From Candidatus Syntropharchaeum caldarium (GTDB lineage: Archaea; Halobacteriota; Syntropharchaeia; Syntropharchaeales; Syntropharchaeaceae), in assembly GCA_001766815.1 (NCBI GenBank), contig LYOS01000001.1, positions 60,001 through 92,000 of the forward strand: a stretch of 32,000 nt of DNA, read 5' to 3'. Numbering within the stretch: position 1 is the stretch's first letter; each line of letters begins with the position of its first letter. This document shows positions 15,829-24,379 of the stretch, piece by piece. The translations under genes and the position numbers were made by a program. The notes under the pieces were generated by a model. It made no database searches. It saw only the letters and a list, made by a program, of their open reading frames with translations, and was not told the origin of the DNA.

Positions 15829-16686
15829 TCAATCACTTACATCCACCCAGAGATGGAGGGAGCGGTACGGCTCAGTACTGTTGCTTTCATTGTAGAGCAG
15901 AAATTCCAGCCGCTGGTTATCTCCGCGTTTCTCAATTTTGAAAGAAAAAGGGGACTCCCACGTTTCGTTATGGGATAATGTTATTGACTCCTCATGGAGC
16001 AAGCTTTCATTGAGTTTTACCTCAAGCCGATATGTTTGGTTCGTGTATTCGTGATTTACAATCCCTACGATAACCATCCCCTCTTCGCCAGGCATAAGAT
16101 CTGTTGGATATTCATCCGCGGTTCCGTTTGGACCGAGTATGTAAAACTCCGTGAAATGTTCACCCTCCTTCGGTGTCACGATCACATATATGGTCATAAC
16201 AATTGCAGCGATGATCGAGAGGATCAAAATGACGCTTAAAATCCGATCAAGCCTCTTTTCTGTCTCAAATGACGCTTTCAACGCCCTGAAATTCGATACA
16301 AACTCGATTGAGAATCTCTCTTCTGCTGTAAGCTTTTTTATGCGGAAAGTTGCAGCGATGGATAATAATATCGTGAACCCTGATAAACTGATGAGTATCG
16401 GCATCAATCTGATCCCGAACGGCGTGTAATTCAATACAAGTCCGATGAGCGGAACAACAGCAATACTAAGACCGAAACTAAGCGCTACACGCTCTATCGG
16501 GTCAAGATCGCCTTTTGCTGGGAAGAGTGCGGCAATTAAAGCATATCCTGGAAAAAAGAGGATAAGTGGGAGTCCAAGTATGATTCTTATCGGTGTCTCA
16601 TTCAAAGGAGGGAATAAGATAAATGGGATGGAGAGGAGTGTGAAGATGATTACAAGCATGAGATCGTTCAAATAGCCTGATCGCAT
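15829..16686 (-). CDS. DUF1616-family archaeal membrane protein
   Basis: 285 aa. N-terminal multi-TM region with the family-typical string PPLNETPIRIILGLPLILFFPGYALIAALFP..DLDPIERVALSFGLSIAVVPLIGLVLNYTPFGIRL, followed by a soluble beta-rich C-terminal half. Confidence 0.7.
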   Translation of the reverse strand: MRSGYLNDLMLVIIFTLLSIPFILFPPLNETPIRIILGLPLILFFPGYALIAALFPAKGDLDPIERVALSFGLSIAVVPLIGLVLNYTPFGIRLMPILISLSGFTILLSIAATFRIKKLTAEERFSIEFVSNFRALKASFETEKRLDRILSVILILSIIAAIVMTIYVIVTPKEGEHFTEFYILGPNGTADEYPTDLMPGEEGMVIVGIVNHEYTNQTYRLEVKLNESLLHEESITLSHNETWESPFSFKIEKRGDNQRLEFLLYNESNSTEPYRSLHLWVDVSD

Positions 16687-16781
16687 GGTTCATTATTTGT
16701 GTTCACCTGTATTTATAGCTGGTAGTGGAAATTCGCAATCTATTTATATCATACACAAAGAAGATTTATGAGGTATGGAGC

Positions 16782-17786
16782 GTGAATCATAGTATTATCG
16801 TACTCGGGTTTCTTATAATTCTGGCTTTATGTGTGGGTAGTGCGGGTGCGACTGAGATATGGGTGACTGATGATTATTTGACAATTCAAGCAGCGGTGAA
16901 TAGCGCTTCAGCGTATGATACGATCATCGTGAGGGATGGGACGTATTATGAGAATGTGGATGTGAACGTCGATCATTTAACGATCAGATCTGAGAATGGG
17001 TCTGGTTCAACAACGGTTGTGGGAAGTATGCCGGCTCTATCTGCGGTATCTACGGCAGACTCAAATGGTTATGGCTTTAATGGCTTTAGTGATCATGTCT
17101 TTGATATAACCGCAGATTATGTGAATATCAGCGGGTTTACGGTGACAGGGGCGACATCGGGCACATGGACATCCGGGATTCGAGTTTATGGTGCTGATTC
17201 TTGCACGATATCTGAAAACAACGTAAATGGCAATAGGCACGGAATACGTCTTTCAGGTTCGAGCAATCGGAACATTATCAGAGATAACACGGTAAGTTCA
17301 AACGAGAAGTATGGTGTTTACCTAACCTCCGACTCAACTGATGAGAACGAGATCATCCAGAACACGCTGGCTTCAAATGAAGCGGGGGTTTATATCAATA
17401 ATGCAGATTCCAACAATATCTCCTGCAACTATATCTTCAACAACAACTATGGCATCTATCTCAAAGCTGGATCGACAGATAACACGATCAAACACAACAA
17501 CATCATTGCAAACGGTAAGCTACAAGATGATGGTAGTTACCATTGGCAGCTTTATAACAACCAGAAGAAGGATGTCAGTGCAACCAATAACTGGTGGGGC
17601 ACGACCGATAACAACGAGATCGATGCAGGCATCTATGATGACGAAGAAGGAAAAGGTAAGGTAACATATCTCCCGAAGCTTGAGATACCTTCCACGTGTG
17701 CCGTCACTGAACCCCTCACGCTTGTGATGGTCACGCTGGGTATTCTTGGTGTGATCGGGGCCGTTTACAGGAAGAGGGAACAGTGA
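16782..17786 (+). CDS. Secreted right-handed beta-helix (NosD/PbH1-repeat) protein with a PEP-CTERM-like tail
   Basis: ORF 16725..17786. GTG 16782 gives the signal peptide (M)NHSIIVLGFLIILALCVGSAGA. PbH1-type repeats: NNVNGNRHGIRLSGSSNRNIIRDNTVSSNEKYGVYL...NNNYGIYL. The C-terminus is VTEPLTLVMVTLGILGVIGAVYRKREQ. Confidence 0.75.
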   Translation: MNHSIIVLGFLIILALCVGSAGATEIWVTDDYLTIQAAVNSASAYDTIIVRDGTYYENVDVNVDHLTIRSENGSGSTTVVGSMPALSAVSTADSNGYGFNGFSDHVFDITADYVNISGFTVTGATSGTWTSGIRVYGADSCTISENNVNGNRHGIRLSGSSNRNIIRDNTVSSNEKYGVYLTSDSTDENEIIQNTLASNEAGVYINNADSNNISCNYIFNNNYGIYLKAGSTDNTIKHNNIIANGKLQDDGSYHWQLYNNQKKDVSATNNWWGTTDNNEIDAGIYDDEEGKGKVTYLPKLEIPSTCAVTEPLTLVMVTLGILGVIGAVYRKREQ

Positions 17787-17809
17787 TATTTCTTCTTTTC
17801 TTTTTACCG

Positions 17810-18220
17810 TCAGATCCTATCGAGTATCTCCCGTAGCTGGTCGATCTCAAGCTCCTGTCTGTGGCGCTCGTCCTCCCACAGTTTTCTGTAGAAGTAGAGA
17901 TATTCATAGAGTGCTGACAGGTCTCTGCAGAAGATGACTCTGTGGTTTTCTATGATCTGGGCTTTCATGTAGAGTGGTAGTTCTTCAAAGAGCCATATAT
18001 CGTATGGTTCACTGGTATCCAGATTTTTCCATGCATCTGCCAGGAGTCTGCTCATCTCATCTGGATCTTTTATCTTTGGTGCAACGATGGCGATGTCCAG
18101 ATCACTTCTGCACGTGGCTTCGCGCTTTGTTGTTGAGCCAAACTGGAGCAGCGCGAGGATTCGCTGATCTTTCTGTAGCCATAAGCCTGATGCTATCGAT
18201 CCAGCGCTCTCTTCAGCCAT
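17810..18220 (-). CDS. mntA: Minimal nucleotidyltransferase (MNT) antitoxin
   Basis: The motif FGSTTKREATCRSDLDIAIV matches the GS...(S)DxD NTase motif. It overlaps the upstream HEPN gene by 28 nt. Confidence 0.75.
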   Translation of the reverse strand: MAEESAGSIASGLWLQKDQRILALLQFGSTTKREATCRSDLDIAIVAPKIKDPDEMSRLLADAWKNLDTSEPYDIWLFEELPLYMKAQIIENHRVIFCRDLSALYEYLYFYRKLWEDERHRQELEIDQLREILDRI

Positions 18221-18630
18221 TCCGTCACCACATCGATGAAAGTTTCCGTGTGAGGCAGGAGTTTTTTGATCGAAACAAAGGCAATTTCAGGGTTTAAACC
18301 ATTGTATCCGTGTATCAATCTGTTTCTAAGCCCATTTGCCTCCTTCAGGGTTTCTTTAAGCTTTTTGTCGATCACACCATGCTCGTAGAGGATGTTGATA
18401 TTGGTGTAATCATCCTTCGGGAGTTTTCCCTCATCTTTTAAGATCATTGCAAGAATGTCTGTTGAAGCTTCCACGATCTCCTGCATCGCTTTGTAGATCG
18501 CAAGCCTTGTTTTCTTATCGATATTTTCTTTTGTATCGGTTTCACGCATCCATCTGTTTATATCTTCACTCCGCTCCTTTATGTGATCTATTTTATCGAT
18601 GTATCTTCGAACCCTCTCTTTCTCCATCAT
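18193..18630 (-). CDS. hepT: HEPN/DUF86 RNase toxin
   Basis: GLRNRLIHGYNG carries the Rx4H HEPN active-site motif near the C-terminus. 145 aa. Confidence 0.75.
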   Translation of the reverse strand: MMEKERVRRYIDKIDHIKERSEDINRWMRETDTKENIDKKTRLAIYKAMQEIVEASTDILAMILKDEGKLPKDDYTNINILYEHGVIDKKLKETLKEANGLRNRLIHGYNGLNPEIAFVSIKKLLPHTETFIDVVTEWLKRALDR

Positions 18631-18719
18631 TCCATCATTCTACTGGCTGATAGATAAAGCTTACCGCTGGATCGGGAAGATCAGAGGAAAAGACTGATGA
18701 TACAAATTCACACATCAGG

Positions 18720-18727
18720 TATATATA
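18720..18727 (+). promoter_or_regulatory. Candidate TATA box for 18753..18983 (near-leaderless transcript)
   Basis: TATATATA lies about 26 nt upstream of ATG 18753. Confidence 0.3.
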
Positions 18728-18752
18728 CTTCCACACAAAGAATAGATCGACG

Positions 18753-18983
18753 ATGATCGCGATGGCAACGCCAACAGTCATATCTGCGATTGGGGGAAGT
18801 GAGCCTGGCGTCTATGCCGTGCTGCTCCTCATTGGTCTTCTATCGGCTGCGGAGATTCTTGGTGCAGAACCTGATATCAGAAAGCGATTTGCTCCGTTCA
18901 TGGAAGCTTATAATGCCATTGTGGTACCGCTTCTATTTGTATTCTCGTTGATTGTCTTAACAAGGGTGCTCATGATTCTCTGA
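18753..18983 (+). CDS. Small two-TM membrane protein (76 aa)
   Basis: Two hydrophobic helices: VYAVLLLIGLLSAAEILG and IVVPLLFVFSLIVLTRVLMIL. No family recognised. Confidence 0.4.
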   Translation: MIAMATPTVISAIGGSEPGVYAVLLLIGLLSAAEILGAEPDIRKRFAPFMEAYNAIVVPLLFVFSLIVLTRVLMIL

Positions 18984-18998
18984 TATTTTTTGTGCAAT

Positions 18999-19763
18999 TT
19001 ACATCCAGATTGGACAGATGACGAGGTAAAAAATATTAAGGAGAGCGTGAGAGATGAGAACACCAGCGATGCTCCCGCTCTTTGATACCACATACCCGAA
19101 GAAAATCGAGGTCAGAAATACAAGCAGAATGAGCCACAGCTCTGATGCATAAGAGACGAAGAATGTGGCATAGAGGGTTGATGTCAGAAGGATCGCAAAA
19201 AGGGGGTTTTTCATAGCTCTCTCAACCGATTGCTGGATGATACCCCTGAATATAAGCTCATCTGTGAATGCAGCAAGCATGAGGATCAATGATGCAGGGA
19301 TTGGCGGTTCAAGTCCCGATGGCATGAGAAGCATCCATTCGAGATACCCGATAAAGGGACCTGCAATGATACATAGTATCTGCAATATAGGATCTCTCAA
19401 ACGCATGCCCACATCTTCGAGTGATATTCCAAGTACCGTGATCAGAATCAGCGAACCAGCAAGGAGTGAGGTCGTTACCGCTATAAGATACCCCTCGTAC
19501 GTGATGAGCTCAACAGGAATTGAGAGTGTTATGATACGATAGAGGGGGATGAGTGTCATCACCTGGAAGAGGCGTGTAAAATCTGAAGAGGGGTCTTTTA
19601 TGAATGTGAACTGGAGGATCAAAAGTAATAAGATTGCGATATTGAATGCGATGCCAGCCTTCGGACCTGCTAAACATGTTGAGACCTCAGCGAGGATAAT
19701 CAAAAGCGAGGTAAGTATCAGATGAGATACGGGTCGCATGTTTATATCTTTATTCAGGCTCAT
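18999..19763 (-). CDS. CPBP-family (CAAX/Abi) intramembrane protease
   Basis: 254 aa and polytopic. Motif 1 is TDELIFRG (EExxxR type). A later ISHALLN matches the HxxxN motif. Confidence 0.75.
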   Translation of the reverse strand: MSLNKDINMRPVSHLILTSLLIILAEVSTCLAGPKAGIAFNIAILLLLILQFTFIKDPSSDFTRLFQVMTLIPLYRIITLSIPVELITYEGYLIAVTTSLLAGSLILITVLGISLEDVGMRLRDPILQILCIIAGPFIGYLEWMLLMPSGLEPPIPASLILMLAAFTDELIFRGIIQQSVERAMKNPLFAILLTSTLYATFFVSYASELWLILLVFLTSIFFGYVVSKSGSIAGVLISHALLNIFYLVICPIWM

Positions 19764-19817
19764 TTAAACAATTGAGGGTGATGACAAAATGACATCTGTG
19801 CTTGCATAATCACAAGA

Positions 19818-19825
19818 TTTATATA
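19818..19825 (+). promoter_or_regulatory. Candidate TATA box for the PEP-CTERM/exosortase operon
   Basis: TTTATATA lies about 52 nt upstream of GTG 19877. It falls inside the over-extended ORF-track start at 19802. Confidence 0.4.
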
Positions 19826-19876
19826 GGGGTAATTAGAGAAATAATTAAATACTTAGAGGTAAGTAGGCGATATGGT

Positions 19877-20572
19877 GTGAAGATGATTATTAGGATGGTA
19901 CTGGTTGGAGTGCTTCTGATGATGGTGGTTACACCCGTAGTTGTGGGAGTTACTTCTACCGATACAGTGAACAAAGTAAAACCTGGTAATCACCAGCCAT
20001 ATATAATCCTGCTTATGAAACAGGGCGGTGGAGATTTCATTCGGCTTCTACCAGACAAATCATACACCGTTGTGCCTGATGTCCCACTCAGGTTCAAAGC
20101 AATATACGTGTGGAAGGTTGGCTTGCTCGATAACGAAAAGAGGCAGACCGTTTTAACAGAAGGCGAAGAGAAGGCAGTAATAAAAGCGATACAGAAGGGG
20201 ATAGAATCAAAGGATCAGATGTTAGGCTCATCTGTGTTCCCCAAGAGATGGAAAGTGAATATCACCGAGAATGATGGCACGGAAGTGGAATTAGGCTCTG
20301 GTTATGGCTGGGAACTGAAATGGAACCTTGTTGAAGTAAATGGCAATTTGTATCTGGTAGCCTGGACACCCCCAGGTGTGGTAGACTTGTATACTCCCTC
20401 ACAGGATAAGTCGCCATTTGATGTGGCTGCGATCTGGAATAAATGGTGTTGGGGATCATCAATTCTTACAATAGAAGGTATAGTTGTCGTACCAGAACCC
20501 ACCACTCTCGCTCTGACAGCCCTTGGCATGCTGGGCGTTCTTGGATTTGTCAGAAGGAGAAGGGAGGCGTAA
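19877..20572 (+). CDS. PEP-CTERM sorting-domain protein 1
   Basis: The start is placed by alignment of RBS + start with the paralog: AGTAGGCGATATGGTGTGAAGATG versus AGGAGGCGATATTGTATGAAGATG. Signal peptide: KMIIRMVLVGVLLMMVVTPVVVG. C-terminus: VPEPTTLALTALGMLGVLGFVRRRREA. Confidence 0.8.
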   Translation: MKMIIRMVLVGVLLMMVVTPVVVGVTSTDTVNKVKPGNHQPYIILLMKQGGGDFIRLLPDKSYTVVPDVPLRFKAIYVWKVGLLDNEKRQTVLTEGEEKAVIKAIQKGIESKDQMLGSSVFPKRWKVNITENDGTEVELGSGYGWELKWNLVEVNGNLYLVAWTPPGVVDLYTPSQDKSPFDVAAIWNKWCWGSSILTIEGIVVVPEPTTLALTALGMLGVLGFVRRRREA

Positions 20573-20639
20573 CACGTATGATCACAATGTTTACAACTGA
20601 TAATGTGAGAGATGAAGTAATAATAGGAGGCGATATTGT

Positions 20640-21107
20640 ATGAAGATGATTAGAATGGCACTGGTTGGAGTGCTTCTGATGATGCTGGTTATGCCGGCGG
20701 TGGCAACGGATATAACCATTTATATGGATATAGGAAATGGCTGGGAGGTTGCAGAGAACAGTCACCAATATCAAGTTGATGCAAACACAGAATGCCGGTT
20801 CAAGGCAAACTATTCCGGTTGGGGTAGTGGTACTATGTATGTGTTTAATGTGACAAATAGTAGCGCATGGATAGGTGGGGAAAGTGGTACCAGTAGCACT
20901 GACACATGGGAGACTGGAGTTGTAACTTATACAATCTCGCTTGATGAGACGGTCTTTGTGGAGGCAGCAGCGGCTAATTTTGCGAAAAAAAAGATTAGCG
21001 TTACCGCAAGTACAGTTACGGGCGTCCCAGAACCCACCACCCTCGCTCTGACAGCCCTTGGCATGCTGGGCGTTCTTGGATTTGTCAGAAGGAGAAGAGA
21101 GGAGTAG
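20640..21107 (+). CDS. PEP-CTERM sorting-domain protein 2
   Basis: Signal peptide: MKMIRMALVGVLLMMLVMPAVA. C-terminus: VPEPTTLALTALGMLGVLGFVRRRREE. Confidence 0.85.
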   Translation: MKMIRMALVGVLLMMLVMPAVATDITIYMDIGNGWEVAENSHQYQVDANTECRFKANYSGWGSGTMYVFNVTNSSAWIGGESGTSSTDTWETGVVTYTISLDETVFVEAAAANFAKKKISVTASTVTGVPEPTTLALTALGMLGVLGFVRRRREE

Positions 21108-21131
21108 ATTTATTGAGATCTTACTTCATCA

Positions 21132-21962
21132 ATGGACATACAAAAGAGTGACAATAAAATATGGCCTCTGGGGCTTATAATCTCCACGGTGGTGTTATAC
21201 TTTGGCTCATTCAAATGGCTCCTCACATCATGGCTCACCCTTGATGCTTACAGTCATGGATTTCTGATCCCGATCATATCCTTCTTTCTTATCTGGCAGA
21301 AGCGAGATATTTTATCTGGAGCTGATGATCAGAAAAGCCCGATGCTATTTATCCTTGGCCTTATAATCTACGTTGTGGGACAGTTTACGGGTGCGATCTT
21401 TCTCACCACCGTATCAATGATACCTTTTCTTCTCGGTCTCGTTCTCCTGTTTAAAGGTGCTCAGCAAATGCGTGTGCTTATATTTCCAGTCTGTTTTTTG
21501 ATATTTGCGATCCCCTTGCCAGACCTTGATGGGATAATGCTCACCCTCCAGGGTATATCAACCGTGCTTGCAACAGGCATCTCTCACCTTCTTGGGGTTG
21601 AATCAAGCCATGACGGCTGCCAGATCTTGATGAACGGGGCAATATTTGAGGTTGCACCTGCATGCAGCGGCTTTAATTCGATCGTATCACTCTTTACTGT
21701 GGTCACCCTCCTGGCATATCTCATCCCTGATCCACTCACAGATAAGGTTATTTTGTTAATAGCAACCCTTCCTCTTGCAATATTCACCAACGGATTGAGG
21801 ATTGCGATAACACTTCTTGTAGCGTCAAACTTCGGGGTTGAAGCAGGGATGAGATACTTCCATGACTGGGGTGGCATAACATTCTTTGTGATCGCACTTG
21901 TATCGATATTCATACTCCTGGAGGTGTTGAGATGGATAAGAAAGATCAGTACAAAGCCGTAG
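21132..21962 (+). CDS. Exosortase (bacterial-type exosortase/archaeosortase superfamily transpeptidase)
   Basis: 276 aa and polytopic. N-terminal exosortase signature: DAYSHGFLIPIISFFLIWQKR. Candidate catalytic Cys in VAPACSGFNS, Arg in TNGLRIAI, His in YFHDWGG. Confidence 0.8.
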   Translation: MDIQKSDNKIWPLGLIISTVVLYFGSFKWLLTSWLTLDAYSHGFLIPIISFFLIWQKRDILSGADDQKSPMLFILGLIIYVVGQFTGAIFLTTVSMIPFLLGLVLLFKGAQQMRVLIFPVCFLIFAIPLPDLDGIMLTLQGISTVLATGISHLLGVESSHDGCQILMNGAIFEVAPACSGFNSIVSLFTVVTLLAYLIPDPLTDKVILLIATLPLAIFTNGLRIAITLLVASNFGVEAGMRYFHDWGGITFFVIALVSIFILLEVLRWIRKISTKP

Positions 21963-22756
21963 CCACTGCACTGTTTTTGGTTATGATTATAACGATTCTC
22001 CTATCTCCACCAGAGGTCTTACTCCAGCGTGGGGTGATGGTTGATACCACGCCCACCTATACATCGGCTGAGAAATCATGGGTTAAGACACAGATGGAAC
22101 TTGGGAATAATGAGGCGATCGAGTCGCTGCCGATGAATATAAATGAGTGGAAGGGTTACAGGATCGATATCAAGGAGAGCGTGATCGAAGCACTCAAACC
22201 CGATATGATCATGGAGCGTGCATATTATGGAGCAGATAATCCAACCCCGGTATGGCTTCTCATCATACGGGCTGAGAACACCTCTGCGTTTCATGATCCA
22301 AAGGTCTGCTATCGAGGGGCTGGCTGGAGTGTTGTCAACGAGACGCAGATCGCAATTAGGCTGAATGGATCAAGATGGATTGCTGATGCATCTACCACCC
22401 GGAGCAGCGATGCTGAAATTGTGGTGAACAAGCTTTTACTTGAGAAGGAGGGCAGGTACAGGCTTATCATGTACTTCTACCTCAAGGAACTTATATTTGC
22501 AAGCTCACCCGGGAAGATCACGATCGTGAGAGCCGAGACAACGGTTGAGGATCTCGATGATGCCAGCAGGCAGCTTGAGAACTTCTTCAGTGAGATACTT
22601 CCATATCTGTTCATACCAGTTTCAGGCGGAGGAGATGTGGTGGCAGTGCTGCTATATCGAAATTATGGCGTAATCGGTGCTTTAATGATGTCATTATTGC
22701 TTCTCTTCCCACTTGTTTATCTCATCAGGCTGGTTATGCAAAGCAGAATTCGATAG
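21932..22756 (+). CDS. Exosortase-associated EpsI-family protein
   Basis: It overlaps the exosortase gene by 31 nt and has an N-terminal TM. EpsI-type string: LPMNINEWKGYRIDI...LKPDMIMERAYY...VWLLIIRAENTSAFHDPKVCYRGAGWSV. It also has an extra C-terminal TM. Confidence 0.7.
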   Translation: MDKKDQYKAVATALFLVMIITILLSPPEVLLQRGVMVDTTPTYTSAEKSWVKTQMELGNNEAIESLPMNINEWKGYRIDIKESVIEALKPDMIMERAYYGADNPTPVWLLIIRAENTSAFHDPKVCYRGAGWSVVNETQIAIRLNGSRWIADASTTRSSDAEIVVNKLLLEKEGRYRLIMYFYLKELIFASSPGKITIVRAETTVEDLDDASRQLENFFSEILPYLFIPVSGGGDVVAVLLYRNYGVIGALMMSLLLLFPLVYLIRLVMQSRIR

Positions 22757-22910
22757 AATGGAGTGCATCTGTAAATTTCTTTTTTATGATTTAAAATATT
22801 TTTAAGATATTTTTAAGCTTTAAAAGATATTTTATTTCTATATCAGTAAGATAATAATATATCATATTTCTTTTTTATAAAAAGTTATATTGTCCTGTAA
22901 ATGCATAAAG

Positions 22911-22918
22911 TTTATATA
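22911..22918 (+). promoter_or_regulatory. Candidate TATA box for the GT2 gene
   Basis: TTTATATA preceded by the purine-rich GCATAAAG, 52 nt upstream of ATG 22970. It sits within a 213-nt, very AT-rich spacer. Confidence 0.4.
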
Positions 22919-22969
22919 ATGTAACATCAAAATAAGGGGATATTGTAGCAAAAGTGGGAGTGTGAAGGT

Positions 22970-24001
22970 ATGGCTGGGATCACGGCATCGAAGGAACTGA
23001 CCAGGAAGAAAAACATTGAAAATATTACTGTTATAGAAGAGTTTAATGAAGAAGTATCTTCAGATGAGAAGTATGGTTCATCCTCTGCAATGAAGATACT
23101 TGCTGCAATCCCGTGTTACAATGAGGAGATTGCGATAGGGTCTGTCGTTCTTAAGGCTAAAAATTTTGTGGATACGATTATTGTCGTTGATGACGGTTCT
23201 TCAGATGATACGGCTTTGATTGCAAAGGAGGCAGGCGCAACAGTCATATCACACACGAAAAACGGCGGAAAGGGTGGGGCGATAAAGACCGCATTAAAAT
23301 ATGCATCTGAACATGAATTTGATGCACTTGTACTTCTTGATGGTGATGGACAACATAATCCGAGTGATATACCTTCACTTCTTGAACCACTAACAGAGAA
23401 TTCTGCCGACATGGTCATTGGATACAGAAGTTTGGGGCAGATGCCATTTTATAGAAGGATCGGAAGGATTGTACTTGATAAGGTCACAGGTGCAAAGAGT
23501 ATTGTTACAGATTCACAATGTGGGTTCAGGGTCCTGAACAGACGAACGATTGAAGCTCTGCTAAAGAAGATCAAGACAAATGGGTTCTCGATCGAGTCTG
23601 AGATGTTGATGAAAGCTCATGAGCTTGGACTGAGGATCGAGGAACGTGAGATCTTCTGCAAATACGGTGACTTTGATACCTCAACCGAGAATCCAGTGAA
23701 ACATGGGTTCGCTGTGCTTGGTTCCATCATTCAGATGATAGTAGAACGAAGACCATTGACATACATAGGAATTCCAGGATTGGGGCTCATTCTGATCGGT
23801 TTCTTCTTCGGATTGCAGCTTATGCAGCTCTATAACCAATCAGGCTATTTTTCCCTGCCTCTAACGATGCTTTCAGGATTTTTTCTCATTTTGGGTACAT
23901 TTGGAGTATTCATGGGAATATTGCTGAATGTGATATCGAGGTTGACTGAGCGAGATAAGAATATACTTGAAGACCTGCACCAGATTCTGAACAGGACCTG
24001 A
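22970..24001 (+). CDS. Family-2 glycosyltransferase (Dpm1/GtrB-like) with C-terminal TM helices
   Basis: Motifs AAIPCYNEE, VVDDGSSDDT and LDGDGQHNP, plus two C-terminal TM helices. An alternative start MKILAAIPCYNEE lies near 23090. Confidence 0.85.
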   Translation: MAGITASKELTRKKNIENITVIEEFNEEVSSDEKYGSSSAMKILAAIPCYNEEIAIGSVVLKAKNFVDTIIVVDDGSSDDTALIAKEAGATVISHTKNGGKGGAIKTALKYASEHEFDALVLLDGDGQHNPSDIPSLLEPLTENSADMVIGYRSLGQMPFYRRIGRIVLDKVTGAKSIVTDSQCGFRVLNRRTIEALLKKIKTNGFSIESEMLMKAHELGLRIEEREIFCKYGDFDTSTENPVKHGFAVLGSIIQMIVERRPLTYIGIPGLGLILIGFFFGLQLMQLYNQSGYFSLPLTMLSGFFLILGTFGVFMGILLNVISRLTERDKNILEDLHQILNRT

Positions 24002-24345
24002 GATAATAAAACCAAGTCCTGTTGTGAGGGTGTGTGGATTATACTACACCAGGTAGCATTACTCTTATGAGCTGGATCGGGTGTTTTTTTGAGCAACCTG
24101 GGCTCCCTGAGGCGGGGTATAATTTAGAGGTTGGATCGGAGAGGCATGGGGGGAAGACTGGCAGGAAGTGAGAAGATTTTTGGAAGAAAAAGAGCGTGAT
24201 GTGATTCCTGTAGAGGGAGATACAAATACGGTTTTAGGGTGTGCGTTCGCTGCTTCCAAACTGGGAATTGGGGGGTGGGCATGTGGAAGCGGGGCTGCGG
24301 AGCTACGACAGAAGTATGCCTGAGGAAGTCAATAGGGTTTTAAAC
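23991..24345 (+). pseudogene. wecB: UDP-N-acetylglucosamine 2-epimerase fragment F1 (about residues 8-118; frameshifts and stops)
   Basis: Read across three frames:
- TGPEIIKPSPVVRVC..YTR*HYSYELDRVFF*
- FFEQPGLPEAGYNLEVGSERHGGKTG
- RFLEEKERDVIPVEGDTNTVLGCAFAASKLGI
- GHVEAGLRSYDRSMPEEVNRVL
These match archaeal WecB/MnaA motifs (GTRPEIIK, HTxQHY, GDTNTVLAGAL, HVEAGLRS, MPEEINR). The 5' end is overlapped by the GT2 stop. The 3' two-thirds of the gene is absent. Confidence 0.8.
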
Positions 24346-24379
24346 GTAAAAGTAAAAAAGCTAAGCAGGGAGACACGGA

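Noticed and set aside
19802-19876. 5' extension of PEP-CTERM gene 1 in the ORF track
   Set aside because: It contains the candidate TATA box. Alignment with the paralog's RBS and start places the start at GTG 19877.
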